Positions 27,249-36,786 of a stretch of 36,791 bases of DNA are shown in pieces (position 1 is the first letter of the stretch; the number at the start of each line of letters is the position of its first letter). The stretch lies in IMG/VR virus record IMGVR_UViG_3300025696_000014, positions 1-36,791 of that record; one strand, 5' to 3'. The position numbers and the translations under genes were made by a program. Source of the stretch: a virus (lineage: Duplodnaviria; Caudoviricetes). The notes under the pieces were generated by a model. The model did no database searches. It saw only the letters and a program-made list of their open reading frames with translations, and was not told the DNA's origin.

Positions 27249-27531
27249 GTTTGCTCAGGCTGAGTCTGAGAAAGTTTATTTAATGGAGTACAGAAAGTCT
27301 TTGAAGGCTATACTAATGGCTAAAGCTGAGGCTAATAATCCCAGCCTTGCAATAGCTAAACAAGAAAGAGAGGCGTATGCTGACCCGGAGTATATTGAAT
27401 TTTTAAAAGGCCTTAAAGTTGCTGTAGAAAAGTCTTTGTCTTTAAGGTTTAAAGTAAAAGTTATTGAGATGAAGTTTGAGTCTTGGAGAAGCAAGCAAGC
27501 CACCAGTAGAGCAGAGATGACTTTAAAATGA
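27205..27531 (+). CDS. Helical hypothetical protein
   Basis: QEREAYADPEY...WRSKQATSR pattern; GAGG RBS before MSNE. Confidence 0.7.
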   Translation: MSNETFKELEKTTLEFAQAESEKVYLMEYRKSLKAILMAKAEANNPSLAIAKQEREAYADPEYIEFLKGLKVAVEKSLSLRFKVKVIEMKFESWRSKQATSRAEMTLK

Positions 27532-27953
27532 GAGTTAAGATAAAACCTTCAGACAAATGGTTTTCTAGATGCATAAGAGAAAGAACCGGATGGACCTGTG
27601 AAGTTTGCGGATCATCGCATGAAGAAGGTTCTCAAGGACTCCACTGTAGTCATTACTTTGGTCGGAGAGCAAATTCTTTGAGGTGGTCCAAAGACAATGC
27701 ATTTGCTATGTGTTTCGGTTGTCACCAAAAGCTAGGTGGTAACCCTGATGACTTTAGGCTGTGGGCAGTTAATAAAGTTGGTCAAGGCATGATAGACATT
27801 CTCAGAGAGAAAAGAGAAGACATAAGCCGCGCCAAAATTTTTAAGAAAAACGAAAAGGAAGTTGCCAAACATTATAAAACTGAATATGAGTCTATGTTAG
27901 AAAAAAGAAACGATGGAGAAACAGGAAGGATAGAATTCCAAGATTACTTATGA
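27528..27953 (+). CDS. ninG: NinG/Rap-like HNH endonuclease
   Basis: DKWFSRCIRER...CEVCG...HCSHYFGR...LRW..DN...C..CH. Confidence 0.8.
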   Translation: MRVKIKPSDKWFSRCIRERTGWTCEVCGSSHEEGSQGLHCSHYFGRRANSLRWSKDNAFAMCFGCHQKLGGNPDDFRLWAVNKVGQGMIDILREKREDISRAKIFKKNEKEVAKHYKTEYESMLEKRNDGETGRIEFQDYL

Positions 27954-28198
27954 AAGATGATCTGTTTTTTTTCAATAATGTTTTTGAAACTCTTAATACT
28001 CTAGGAGAGTTTAAGGCTATAGAAGATATTGATATACAGAAATGGTTTAATAAAATATTTGAAGATGTTGAAAATAAAAAAAGTAAACTATCAGACCCTG
28101 ATCTAACCGTTATAGCTAATCTTTATATGTTATTTTCTATTCATCAAGAAAAGAAAATTCAAGAAACTATGATACTTATCAATGACACTATTCACTAA
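27950..28198 (+). CDS. Hypothetical protein
   Basis: 82 aa; ATGA overlap with ninG; AT-rich; its 3' end overlaps the convergent nuclease gene. Confidence 0.6.
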   Translation: MKDDLFFFNNVFETLNTLGEFKAIEDIDIQKWFNKIFEDVENKKSKLSDPDLTVIANLYMLFSIHQEKKIQETMILINDTIH

Positions 28199-28619
28199 GC
28201 TTAACTAACTTTCTGTTTGCTAAGTGAGCTGCCTGTATCTCTTTTTTGTTCTGACCTTCATATTCGACTGCGTGATGATTCTTAATAAGTTCTTTGCATA
28301 GCCACTTGCCGCCTACCTTGATGTCAGCCAGCCACCGTCCATACTTGCCTTTCTTGTAAGTCCTAAGAGTAACCTCCGTACCTACCGGAGAAAACGCTTC
28401 GACAAATGCTTTTGCTGCAAGACCATATTTCCGTTCTTTTGGATCTCTACCTTTTCTGCGAGTGGATTCGGGTGTGTCAACTCCATTAAGGCGTAAACAA
28501 ATCCCACGCCCAGTATCACCGCAATGATGCAAGCCAAAGCCCAAATCAACATTAACATACATCGTATCCCCATCGACAATTTTAGAAACCGTAGCAGTAA
28601 AGATGTACGGATTAGACAT
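28188..28619 (-). CDS. Thermonuclease (SNase family)
   Basis: IVDGDT, RLNGVDTPE, GKYGRWLA catalytic motifs. Confidence 0.92.
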   Translation of the reverse strand: MSNPYIFTATVSKIVDGDTMYVNVDLGFGLHHCGDTGRGICLRLNGVDTPESTRRKGRDPKERKYGLAAKAFVEAFSPVGTEVTLRTYKKGKYGRWLADIKVGGKWLCKELIKNHHAVEYEGQNKKEIQAAHLANRKLVKLSE

Positions 28620-29034
28620 ACTCACCTGTACGGATAATATCTGTAAGCTCTAAGCTTCTGCCACCAACTTGTTTGGCCCATCTGCTGTCTAAAAACTCTG
28701 TTGCAGCAAGGTCGTATAATCCAGCCGCCATAGCGGCGTTTGCCAGCTTAAATCCTCTATATTTTGTAGCACCCAGATTTAGAAAAATATTGATAATCGC
28801 CTCTTGTCTTGGCTCCGATTCAATCTGACCAAACCAAGGATATTCTGAACTTAATTCTTTTATGCACCTTAGAATGTCGTTAGACAAAAGATAATCTATC
28901 TCTTCCATTGTTAAGCCAATGCCTGTTTTAGAGATGTTTCTGCCCACACCTATATGCTCAAGACCGTTTATATCTTTGTAAACGTGAGTCTTGACACCTT
29001 CATGCCTTTTTAATTGTTTTATTAGTTTGTCCAT
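28612..29034 (-). CDS. Endolysin, T4-lysozyme-like (GH24)
   Basis: LKRHEG....YKD..G..HIGVG, FLNLG, DSRWAKQV..R; start taken at MDKLI. Confidence 0.92.
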   Translation of the reverse strand: MDKLIKQLKRHEGVKTHVYKDINGLEHIGVGRNISKTGIGLTMEEIDYLLSNDILRCIKELSSEYPWFGQIESEPRQEAIINIFLNLGATKYRGFKLANAAMAAGLYDLAATEFLDSRWAKQVGGRSLELTDIIRTGEYV

Positions 29035-29039
29035 TTTAT

Positions 29040-29510
29040 TCACTTTGTACTTGACCCAGAAAACCAAAATGCCGCCATCGTCCCAAGTATACCCGATAAT
29101 TGTCCGAGAACGAGTGAAATTATGGTTTCATCGTTTTGATCATGAGGCATTATTGTTACTGTTAATACATACGCTCCGTACAACAGCAACGCCAGTATCC
29201 CAAACACTTTAGGAGTCCAATCATTTTTGAATGTCTCTCTAGCGTGTTTTCTGTCTTCTACTTCAACTTTAAAACTGTCTAAATCAATTTCCATTTCTTT
29301 AATTTTGTTTTTAAAGTCTTTATCAGCTTCTTTAATAATCACCGCTTTTTCTGGTTCACGCTCAACAAGGTCTTCTATTTCATTAGCCGTTGCTGTATCT
29401 GGTAAACCTAATTTCTTAGCTACCATCTTGACAGCCATGCCAGAAAGAGGCCCACCAGCCGCATTAGCTATGGTTGGGGCTAACGATTTTAATAAGCCAC
29501 CTAGTTTCAT
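29040..29510 (-). CDS. Putative holin
   Basis: APTIANAAGGPL N-terminus, EVEDRKHAR, two C-terminal hydrophobic segments ending FWFSGS; upstream of the endolysin. Confidence 0.7.
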   Translation of the reverse strand: MKLGGLLKSLAPTIANAAGGPLSGMAVKMVAKKLGLPDTATANEIEDLVEREPEKAVIIKEADKDFKNKIKEMEIDLDSFKVEVEDRKHARETFKNDWTPKVFGILALLLYGAYVLTVTIMPHDQNDETIISLVLGQLSGILGTMAAFWFSGSSTK

Positions 29511-29553
29511 CTTGTTAGCAAATACACCTTTATAAGAGCCTCAACATTACTAA

Positions 29554-29763
29554 TTACTTTCCCTCAGAGTCTTCCTCCACAATTTCTTCTATTGTGTCGC
29601 AGACATCCGGTATCGCTACACCTGTCGTAACTTCAGTAGCAACTCTTCCTACAGCCCTTATGCCTTTATAAACTCCAGAGCAATAAAGCTCTTTGTTTGC
29701 AATCATGTCCTCAGAGACTGTACAGCCAGCCATTAGTAAACACAGCGCAACAACTCTAAGCAT
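29554..29763 (-). CDS. Small lipoprotein
   Basis: Signal peptide MLRVVALCLLMAG-C with a lipobox. Confidence 0.7.
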   Translation of the reverse strand: MLRVVALCLLMAGCTVSEDMIANKELYCSGVYKGIRAVGRVATEVTTGVAIPDVCDTIEEIVEEDSEGK

Positions 29764-30499
29764 TTTCCACCTCGTCAGCTAGTTTGTTAAGGTCTTTAAT
29801 ATCTTCTTTTAAAGCTTTTCTTTCGTTATCAAAGTATTTTTCTAATCTAGTTTTATAATTCTCAATGTAATGATCTGTGGCTCTTTCTGTTATGCTTCCG
29901 GTTTTTCTGTCTTCTTTTTTAGTCAAAGTATCTGGGTCTATGTAATCTATTCCGTTGCCTCCGTGGAAAAGCACTTGCTGCGATTTACTAGGCCCGTAGC
30001 ACAAGCGAGGCAGCACAGCAACAGAATCACAATGGTTTATTATAGACAGTTGTGTATCTAACTCCATAGGACGTTTAAAGCCTTTGAAAAACGTATTTGG
30101 CTTTCCAAAAGTTACAACATTTAAGTTTGGGTGAGTGAGTTTAGCAGCACTTAATTCGGCCAGTGCGCCACCTAGTGAATGTCCCGTTATTAAGGTGCGC
30201 TTCTTAGGGTCAATATGTTTTTTTATTTGTTTCCAGATAGAGGCGTGTTGAACAACAAAACCGCCGTGGCATAATCGACTAGCATAAGGTAATGGAACAA
30301 CAAACAAATCGGTTAGAATATCGTTTAACTTCTTTTGTGTTCCTCTAAAAGCTATTACGTCAATAGACTTTCGTTTAGCAATAAAACAAGTGGCTCCAGT
30401 AATTTTACTTTCTATTTTAATTGCATCTTTGTTTTTTTCTCTATACGCTTTTATGCTCCAAGAGCAAGCCATGTTTAATAAGACTGGGTCTAGTTTCAT
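29756..30499 (-). CDS. Class 3 lipase (alpha/beta hydrolase)
   Basis: IAFRGT, HGGF, GHSLGGALA, TFGKP, D in NHCDSV.. and H in DHYIENY form a complete-looking triad. Confidence 0.92.
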   Translation of the reverse strand: MKLDPVLLNMACSWSIKAYREKNKDAIKIESKITGATCFIAKRKSIDVIAFRGTQKKLNDILTDLFVVPLPYASRLCHGGFVVQHASIWKQIKKHIDPKKRTLITGHSLGGALAELSAAKLTHPNLNVVTFGKPNTFFKGFKRPMELDTQLSIINHCDSVAVLPRLCYGPSKSQQVLFHGGNGIDYIDPDTLTKKEDRKTGSITERATDHYIENYKTRLEKYFDNERKALKEDIKDLNKLADEVENA

Positions 30500-30972
30500 T
30501 GCTCAACTCCAAATATAAAAAAAGCTATTCCAGCGATAACAGAAAAACCAATAAACATATAAATAAAAGCTAATCCTATTTGCCTAATTAACAAATCGTC
30601 ATCTTCATTTCGTTCAGACTTTTTCTTTGCTTTTAATTCTTTTTCTTTTTGTCTTTTTGCTGCGTTGTTTTTTATTCTTGCCCATTCCGGACTGCGCCCC
30701 TGCCTAGAATATTCTTTCCCGATAGAATCAAGCATTTTTTGATACTGATAACGATGATTTTCTATTGCTTGTTCTTCGCGGATACTACTCATTTGCGAGT
30801 CTTCACTATTTTCCGCTTTTGTTATTGCAATCTCAAGGTCTTCTTTTTTCTTAAAAAACCTGCTGATGTCATTAGACATCTCATCTAAATCTTTTTTCCG
30901 GTCAATCCCAGCCTTCACCAAGGTAAAAGCAGAATCTAGGCCTTTAAGCAAAATCGCTATTTCACCTATCAT
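30496..30972 (-). CDS. Coiled-coil protein with a C-terminal transmembrane helix
   Basis: 158 aa; hydrophobic C-terminus IGLAFIYMFIGFSVIAGIAFFIF. Confidence 0.7.
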   Translation of the reverse strand: MIGEIAILLKGLDSAFTLVKAGIDRKKDLDEMSNDISRFFKKKEDLEIAITKAENSEDSQMSSIREEQAIENHRYQYQKMLDSIGKEYSRQGRSPEWARIKNNAAKRQKEKELKAKKKSERNEDDDLLIRQIGLAFIYMFIGFSVIAGIAFFIFGVEQ

Positions 30973-31163
30973 AAATAATACCTACTGTCGTCATCTATGT
31001 TTAGCGGTTGGCAAAAAGCTTTTATTTCTTCTCCTTGAGGCTGGTTGTTAATTCTTGACGCAAAAAACAGGCAGCGATTTATATCGGCAAAGCATAATGC
31101 TTCATCGCAATCTCTTGAAACAGTTTGTCCCCCAATAGTCACAATTAAAATAAAAACAGCCAT
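30969..31163 (-). CDS. Small Cys-containing hypothetical protein
   Basis: 64 aa; hydrophobic N-terminus and four Cys. Confidence 0.6.
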   Translation of the reverse strand: MAVFILIVTIGGQTVSRDCDEALCFADINRCLFFASRINNQPQGEEIKAFCQPLNIDDDSRYYL

Positions 31164-31171
31164 TCATTACT

Positions 31172-31480
31172 CTAATCTTCAATTAAATCCTTATCAAAAT
31201 CTGGATTAGGATCATGCTCTGACGGCTCATTTGAGACTGACTGCCACGATGCATAAGTTTCATTTTCAGACCATGTTTTGGATTCTTCATCATATTTATA
31301 TTTTAGATCGACATAATCATCAGGGATGGTTACTCCCTCAACAATTTTTGAATTATCTTCATCGTAGCCGCTGAAAACGACAACACCCTCAACCATCAGA
31401 ACAGGCGTATATTCAAGGGTTACATTCTCGTCAAAACTCGCAATTACCCAGTTATCCTCTTTGTTGACTAAAATATTCAT
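31172..31480 (-). CDS. Putative tail fibre assembly/chaperone protein 2
   Basis: Follows fibre 2; IPDDYVDLKYKYD...TW motif similar to 35009..35332. Confidence 0.55.
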   Translation of the reverse strand: MNILVNKEDNWVIASFDENVTLEYTPVLMVEGVVVFSGYDEDNSKIVEGVTIPDDYVDLKYKYDEESKTWSENETYASWQSVSNEPSEHDPNPDFDKDLIED

Positions 31481-31482
31481 AA

Positions 31483-34400
31483 TTATCCTTTTATATAAAG
31501 GTCATTAGCGTTAATTGCCATCCCGATTCTGTTCGTATTGGAGGTCGTTGTTAATCCTCCATTAGAGGTGGCGTAATAAGTAGAACCTTGAATAAGATTC
31601 GTTTGATCTTGGTTTATACCGCCAACCAAATCAACTTGTGCATTTAGTCCAAGAGTTGCAGATGAATTAGCAACGCCGAAGAACGCCCCACTGTTAGAGC
31701 TAAACGTACCCAATTCATAAGCGAAATAAGCGGTAGTGGATTGCTTCCAAGCAACCCTTATTGTGTCAATCCGTGGATTATAAAAAGCATTGAAACTATC
31801 ATAGGTGGAGTTAATACCGGAAGCCAGACTAACCATATTTATGACTGTTCCATCGAACATAAATGAACGGAGTTTACCGCCATATGCAAGAGTACAAATA
31901 CCTGTTTCACTAGCAGTTTGCCACCTTGGTTTGCTGTTTTGATTATAACTGGCATAGCCTTCCGTCCAATCTGAGCCTGACACATGAGCTAAAAATGGGC
32001 TACCAACTGTAATCGTCAAAGCACACATTTGCTGATAAGCATTATTACTTCCAATATAGGAAAAAAGCATCTTATCCGAAGATGGGTCATAGACCATTGG
32101 GATGCCAACATTCCAAGAGCCATTAGCGTGATTTGGAAAATTTGTTCCAGCAATGTATTGATTACTAAAACCTCCGTTTGACCGCGCATAAGTATCACTT
32201 GATGAGTCGTAAACAAAACCATCAAAATAATATCCGGCAGAATATTTTTTGCTCATATAGAAGATATTAGTTTTGTCGTTATAGCCCCAGCCCCAAGCAT
32301 AGGTAATAGGTAAACCACCGGAAAAAGTGCCTACTGTCGTTGTTTTGGAGGTTGTTTTGTTGTATCGCCTAAATAAAATTTTCGCGTAATTGCTGCCTCC
32401 CACGTTTTGCATCATGGCAACATAGTCACCCGTTTCTTTGAAAATTCCTAATTGGACTCCCCAGTTATTTCCACCCCAAGCTCCGAGATTGTCATATTGT
32501 GGTGAACTATAATTAATCTCGTTTTCAAATGTAACGCCGCCATCTTTCTTCCTCAAATAGACCATAAAGACAGTGTTTCCAGATTGATAAATAACAACCC
32601 ATTGCTGAAGCACGTTATCCCAAGCAGCATCAAAATAGTAAGGTGGAGTGGATGAAACTCCATAGCCGTTTGTCAGATTATAGGCAGCGCCATAAGTGAA
32701 AGTTAGTCCGTCAGCGGAAAGAGTATATGGTATGGCGTGCATATAGTAGCTGCTGTTGGTTGCCATAATTATCCCGCCACCGTCAGGAGTTGGCAGATTA
32801 GCAAATTGTTCTGTCGTATAGTTTGCCCATGCCGTTCCAGATGGATTATAGCTACTCATAGACTGGGATTTTTGAGTTGCAACAGTAAACCTTTTTTCTA
32901 TTGTTGCTGGCAGTCCCCCAGAATCAAGAAACAACAAATCCCCGCTGCTAACCGTTGAATTCACTTCATAATCCCTTCTGCCAGTTGTAGATGGCAAAGT
33001 TGGAACCAATGAATTTGCAGTCAATAACATGCTTGTCGCGCTTCTAGCTATGCCAACTTTAGAATAAGCCGTTTCAGTAGTTGAAAAAGAACCATCATAA
33101 TCGAGCCAGTATTCTTGCCCGACAGTTAAGCCAGACACGCTAGTATTTGTTGCGCTAATTATGCTTATTTTTCCGGTTGCTCCAGAGGCAATATTTTCAG
33201 CAGCCAAGCCAATATACTTGCCAGCATTTGTAGACTCATAACCAATAGAAATCACTTTGGCAAAAGTTGTGTCTGGGTTTCCACCAGCAGCGTTATTTGC
33301 AGAAACAACACAAATCGCATTTAGTGAGCTTAAATAAATAGCAGAATTCTGAAAAGTATCTTTTACTGAGTTACCAAAATACTTTGGATCTATTGTTCTT
33401 GATTTTCCACTTTCAGAAACCGTTATTCCTGAGACTGTAATCTCATTATATTTTTGCTGTCCACTACCTGACGCATTTGTTCTTATATAAGTCTTATCAA
33501 TCGCAGTCATATAGACCGCTTGTTGAGCGTTGTAAGCATTTGAATCATTTTCAAGCCCACCGCCTAGCTTAATTACAGTGCCAGAAGAATAAGTGGCAAG
33601 AACAGGAGTCGTGATTGCTCCACCCATTCCAGAATGATTTGAACAATAGTAATAAAGCGATGGAGCAGATGCGGCGACAACTATCTGCGTATAAGCTCCA
33701 GCTTGCCCGGGAGTCCCAACAACGGTAACTCCAGTCGTGTAAGAGCTACCGCCGCCATGAGTGCCATCGCTTGTGGTGCTAAGTAATAAAGGATGCGTAG
33801 CATTTGTGGCACTGGATTGGTCGAACTTGTAAGTATTTCCCTCGGTTAAAACTAAGGAGGCTTGCTCAACACCGTCAATATAAAATTTATTACCACTCCC
33901 TGAGTTTGCCACCGTAACTACAAGTGTATTAGTCGATGCCGTGTTTACCTTCCACGCAAAGGCATAAGCTTTAGGAGCCGCTAAATTGTCTTGACAAGAA
34001 ACAACATAGACATCTTCTTTTGAGTTATAAACAATATCTGGCTGACGTTGACTAACCCCAAATATAGAAGTGGTTAATTCTGTTCCTATTTTTGTTAATG
34101 CAGTCCCATTAGACGTAAAAACTGCCACTCTAACTCCAGCTGTTGAGGAAGCACAAGCTACTGCAATTCTAGAGTTTACTGCGTCATAAGTGCTGCTAAT
34201 GTATGATGTACTGATGCCAAGATTCGCCGGAGTAGTAATTGTCGGTGTTAAATTGCTAATCGTTATTATAGAGCCGTAAAGAGTGGCTGAGTTGTGGCTC
34301 CACATCATTGTCCACTTATTGTTTACTGTGTCTTTGCTAAGAGAAATGGTGTAAGGCTGCGTAGTAGTAAATTGCACCGGAGTCCCAAAAGAGATATTAC

Positions 34401-34998
34401 TACCAGTGATTTGACCAATAACTACATAACCATAATTTGACGTACCCTTATATGCCAGTATCACTCTTTCTGCTGTAGCATCGTAACCAACATCAAAAGC
34501 ATAACTTATAGCGTTATGAGCTTGAACAGCAGTACCAAAAGCAATACCTGATGAAGAAACAACACCGACTCTTACGCTTAATGTGGCGGGAGATTGAGAA
34601 GTAGATTGTGCAACTATTAATTTATTGTTTGCCGAGTCAAATGCAGTCCTAATAACATCTGAAGCACCAGCCACAGTAACATATGGAGTTTGAAATCCAG
34701 CAGTTTTAGTACCTGATACACGAGCCGCTTGACCATCCGATTTTAAAATCAGAGTTTGACCAGCAGTAATAGCTTCTGACGCAACGGCTTCCACTTCTGC
34801 GGACGCAGAGGCCGCCTCTGCCCAACTTGCTGCCGACCCATTTGTTGTTAACAACTTACCAGCGTTTCCCGTCTGAGCTGGCAAAGTATTAGATACCGCT
34901 GTATCTAGTGTATTAAGCTGCGTTTGTAAATTAGAAGTAACGCCATCCAAAAAGTTAATTACTGGAGCGGAATCACCGATATTTCGTGCATTACTCAT
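31483..34998 (-). CDS. Tail fibre / receptor-binding protein 2
   Basis: 1171 aa; LPAQTGNAGKLLTTNGSAASW fibre motif, beta-propeller-like repeats, cupredoxin-like insert. Confidence 0.8.
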   Translation of the reverse strand: MSNARNIGDSAPVINFLDGVTSNLQTQLNTLDTAVSNTLPAQTGNAGKLLTTNGSAASWAEAASASAEVEAVASEAITAGQTLILKSDGQAARVSGTKTAGFQTPYVTVAGASDVIRTAFDSANNKLIVAQSTSQSPATLSVRVGVVSSSGIAFGTAVQAHNAISYAFDVGYDATAERVILAYKGTSNYGYVVIGQITGSNISFGTPVQFTTTQPYTISLSKDTVNNKWTMMWSHNSATLYGSIITISNLTPTITTPANLGISTSYISSTYDAVNSRIAVACASSTAGVRVAVFTSNGTALTKIGTELTTSIFGVSQRQPDIVYNSKEDVYVVSCQDNLAAPKAYAFAWKVNTASTNTLVVTVANSGSGNKFYIDGVEQASLVLTEGNTYKFDQSSATNATHPLLLSTTSDGTHGGGSSYTTGVTVVGTPGQAGAYTQIVVAASAPSLYYYCSNHSGMGGAITTPVLATYSSGTVIKLGGGLENDSNAYNAQQAVYMTAIDKTYIRTNASGSGQQKYNEITVSGITVSESGKSRTIDPKYFGNSVKDTFQNSAIYLSSLNAICVVSANNAAGGNPDTTFAKVISIGYESTNAGKYIGLAAENIASGATGKISIISATNTSVSGLTVGQEYWLDYDGSFSTTETAYSKVGIARSATSMLLTANSLVPTLPSTTGRRDYEVNSTVSSGDLLFLDSGGLPATIEKRFTVATQKSQSMSSYNPSGTAWANYTTEQFANLPTPDGGGIIMATNSSYYMHAIPYTLSADGLTFTYGAAYNLTNGYGVSSTPPYYFDAAWDNVLQQWVVIYQSGNTVFMVYLRKKDGGVTFENEINYSSPQYDNLGAWGGNNWGVQLGIFKETGDYVAMMQNVGGSNYAKILFRRYNKTTSKTTTVGTFSGGLPITYAWGWGYNDKTNIFYMSKKYSAGYYFDGFVYDSSSDTYARSNGGFSNQYIAGTNFPNHANGSWNVGIPMVYDPSSDKMLFSYIGSNNAYQQMCALTITVGSPFLAHVSGSDWTEGYASYNQNSKPRWQTASETGICTLAYGGKLRSFMFDGTVINMVSLASGINSTYDSFNAFYNPRIDTIRVAWKQSTTAYFAYELGTFSSNSGAFFGVANSSATLGLNAQVDLVGGINQDQTNLIQGSTYYATSNGGLTTTSNTNRIGMAINANDLYIKG

Positions 34999-35008
34999 GG
35001 CTGTACCT

Positions 35009-35332
35009 CTATGCTCTTAAAGCATCTATTTGAGCTTGCAGTTCTGCTATTCTTTGTTCTTTAGGGTCAACGTATCCGTCAACTGCTGTCCACGTTGTCC
35101 CATCAAAAGTGTATTTGCACCCAGCCCAATCTTCAGGAGCAGTTACAGATTCGTAAAGAGTAGCGTTGCCAAGATTCATATCTCCAATTGTAAAATCGGG
35201 AGAAGATAAATCACCAACAACAATCTTTTCATCACTTATTTGCAAAGCTTTATCGTCAGCAAAAACATAAGGACATAAATTTCTTCGGCTTGTTTCTGCG
35301 TCATCGCTTTTAAAAGTTAAACACTTGCTCAT
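35009..35332 (-). CDS. Putative tail fibre assembly/chaperone protein 1
   Basis: Follows fibre 1; APEDWAGCKYTFDGTTW and a C-terminal coiled coil. Confidence 0.55.
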   Translation of the reverse strand: MSKCLTFKSDDAETSRRNLCPYVFADDKALQISDEKIVVGDLSSPDFTIGDMNLGNATLYESVTAPEDWAGCKYTFDGTTWTAVDGYVDPKEQRIAELQAQIDALRA

Positions 35333-36786
35333 GAAGTAGCTCCTCTCATGTTTATTGATGTTGCAGATATCGCCATACCAGCAGTTACCGATGGCGTTCC
35401 TGCGCTAGTGGATAAAGCGCCTGTTGGCAAAATATAATATGTCGAACCAATTGTTAGACTTGATAAACCTTCAATAACCGCGCCTTCAAGAATTACTGCA
35501 CCACTAGCACCATCAGAGATAGCTGCATCTGCAAAACCTAGAAAGTTTGTTGACGTTAAATTCGTTGAGTCATAACCCGGCAAAATTGCAGTAGAATACA
35601 AATCGTTTGGTGAATCAGCATCCTGATAAAGTAATGCAGTTAATTCTCTATCTGGGTCATAAACCATTTTAAAATAATAACCGCCATTGCTTTGAATTTC
35701 AGTAGCAGCACTTAATGTAACTGTATGGTCGCTTGATGATAAGGTTGCCACTTTCATATCAGAATCGTCATTTGTTACGTCTTGATAAGCAATAATAAAT
35801 TTTGCAGCAACAGTATGATAGCTAACACCAATCTGACTACCCGTAGAAGAATTTAAAAATGTTGTTGCTGATGCTCCTCCAAGTGACAAAGTTGTGCCGC
35901 TTAAACTAACAGAAAAGCATTTGCCTTTTAAGCCATCACCATTGTCTGCGTAAATCAATAAAAATCTATCATCATTTGCAGAATAGTCTGCACGTACTCT
36001 AGTCACATAACTTGAAGCATAGGTTGTTATGTTGTTAATGCTGCTAATTGTTGTACCACTGTTAGTTAATGTTGCCATTTTTCCATAGTATTGATTTGAA
36101 GCATCATCCCTATAAAAAATGCAAAACTGTGCAGTTGTGGGATGGTAACTTACCGCACATTCCGTAGAGTTTAAAAAAGTTAAATCAAACTGATTGCCAT
36201 AACTCATTGAGCTAGAACCAACTTGAAACCCTCGCGCATACGTTTTATAAGGTGAGCTTTGTTCGGTGTAGGTTACTATTACTGTTGAATCGCTGGCAGT
36301 TGTTGAGTCAATCTTTGCAACAAAATTAAGTGAAGGATAATTATTGCTAAATTGTGATTTATTACCCGGAGCTGATGGAGTCGTACCTGATACTGAGATT
36401 ACCCTACAATAACCTCTTGAGGCAGCACCACCACCTTGTTCAAAAAATATTCCCACACGATTATTACCGCTTCTCTGCGAGTAAACTAGCGCGTGATAGT
36501 ATGACGTCCCCCCAGAATCATGCACTAAACGGTTTGCCCAATCCCACGTTATAGTTTTGTCTGCATTTACAGTACCGCAAACAATTGTTCCATAGTAACT
36601 GTTTCCAGAATCCGCAAAACCTGCGACTACGCAATTTTCAGCCTCATGATAACAAATGCTTGGCATGTCCCCCGCTGGTGTTGCAGTCGCGTCAAGCACC
36701 GCTGGTGTTGCAAAACTTGTTGCTATTGTTGTTTGTGCTACTGCCGCAGCCTTACCATCACTTTTCAAAATTACCGGAGCTTTTGA
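35329..36786 (-). CDS. Tail fibre/tailspike 1, C-terminal part (continuation of 1..2023)
   Basis: Same frame as the ORF starting at 2023 once the circle is closed; propeller-like repeats followed by the FLGFADAAISDG...LTIGSTYY module. Confidence 0.88.
   Translation of the reverse strand, partial: SKAPVILKSDGKAAAVAQTTIATSFATPAVLDATATPAGDMPSICYHEAENCVVAGFADSGNSYYGTIVCGTVNADKTITWDWANRLVHDSGGTSYYHALVYSQRSGNNRVGIFFEQGGGAASRGYCRVISVSGTTPSAPGNKSQFSNNYPSLNFVAKIDSTTASDSTVIVTYTEQSSPYKTYARGFQVGSSSMSYGNQFDLTFLNSTECAVSYHPTTAQFCIFYRDDASNQYYGKMATLTNSGTTISSINNITTYASSYVTRVRADYSANDDRFLLIYADNGDGLKGKCFSVSLSGTTLSLGGASATTFLNSSTGSQIGVSYHTVAAKFIIAYQDVTNDDSDMKVATLSSSDHTVTLSAATEIQSNGGYYFKMVYDPDRELTALLYQDADSPNDLYSTAILPGYDSTNLTSTNFLGFADAAISDGASGAVILEGAVIEGLSSLTIGSTYYILPTGALSTSAGTPSVTAGMAISATSINMRGATS
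36666..36786. repeat. Terminal direct repeat, right copy
   Basis: Identical to 1-121. Confidence 0.97.

Noticed and set aside
35329-35343. Fibre 1 ends GATS*; TerS ends GADD*; the pilot protein has GTFE near its end
   Set aside because: They lack the aromatic residue or the register of GAT[YF][EA]*, so they are not counted as tag carriers.
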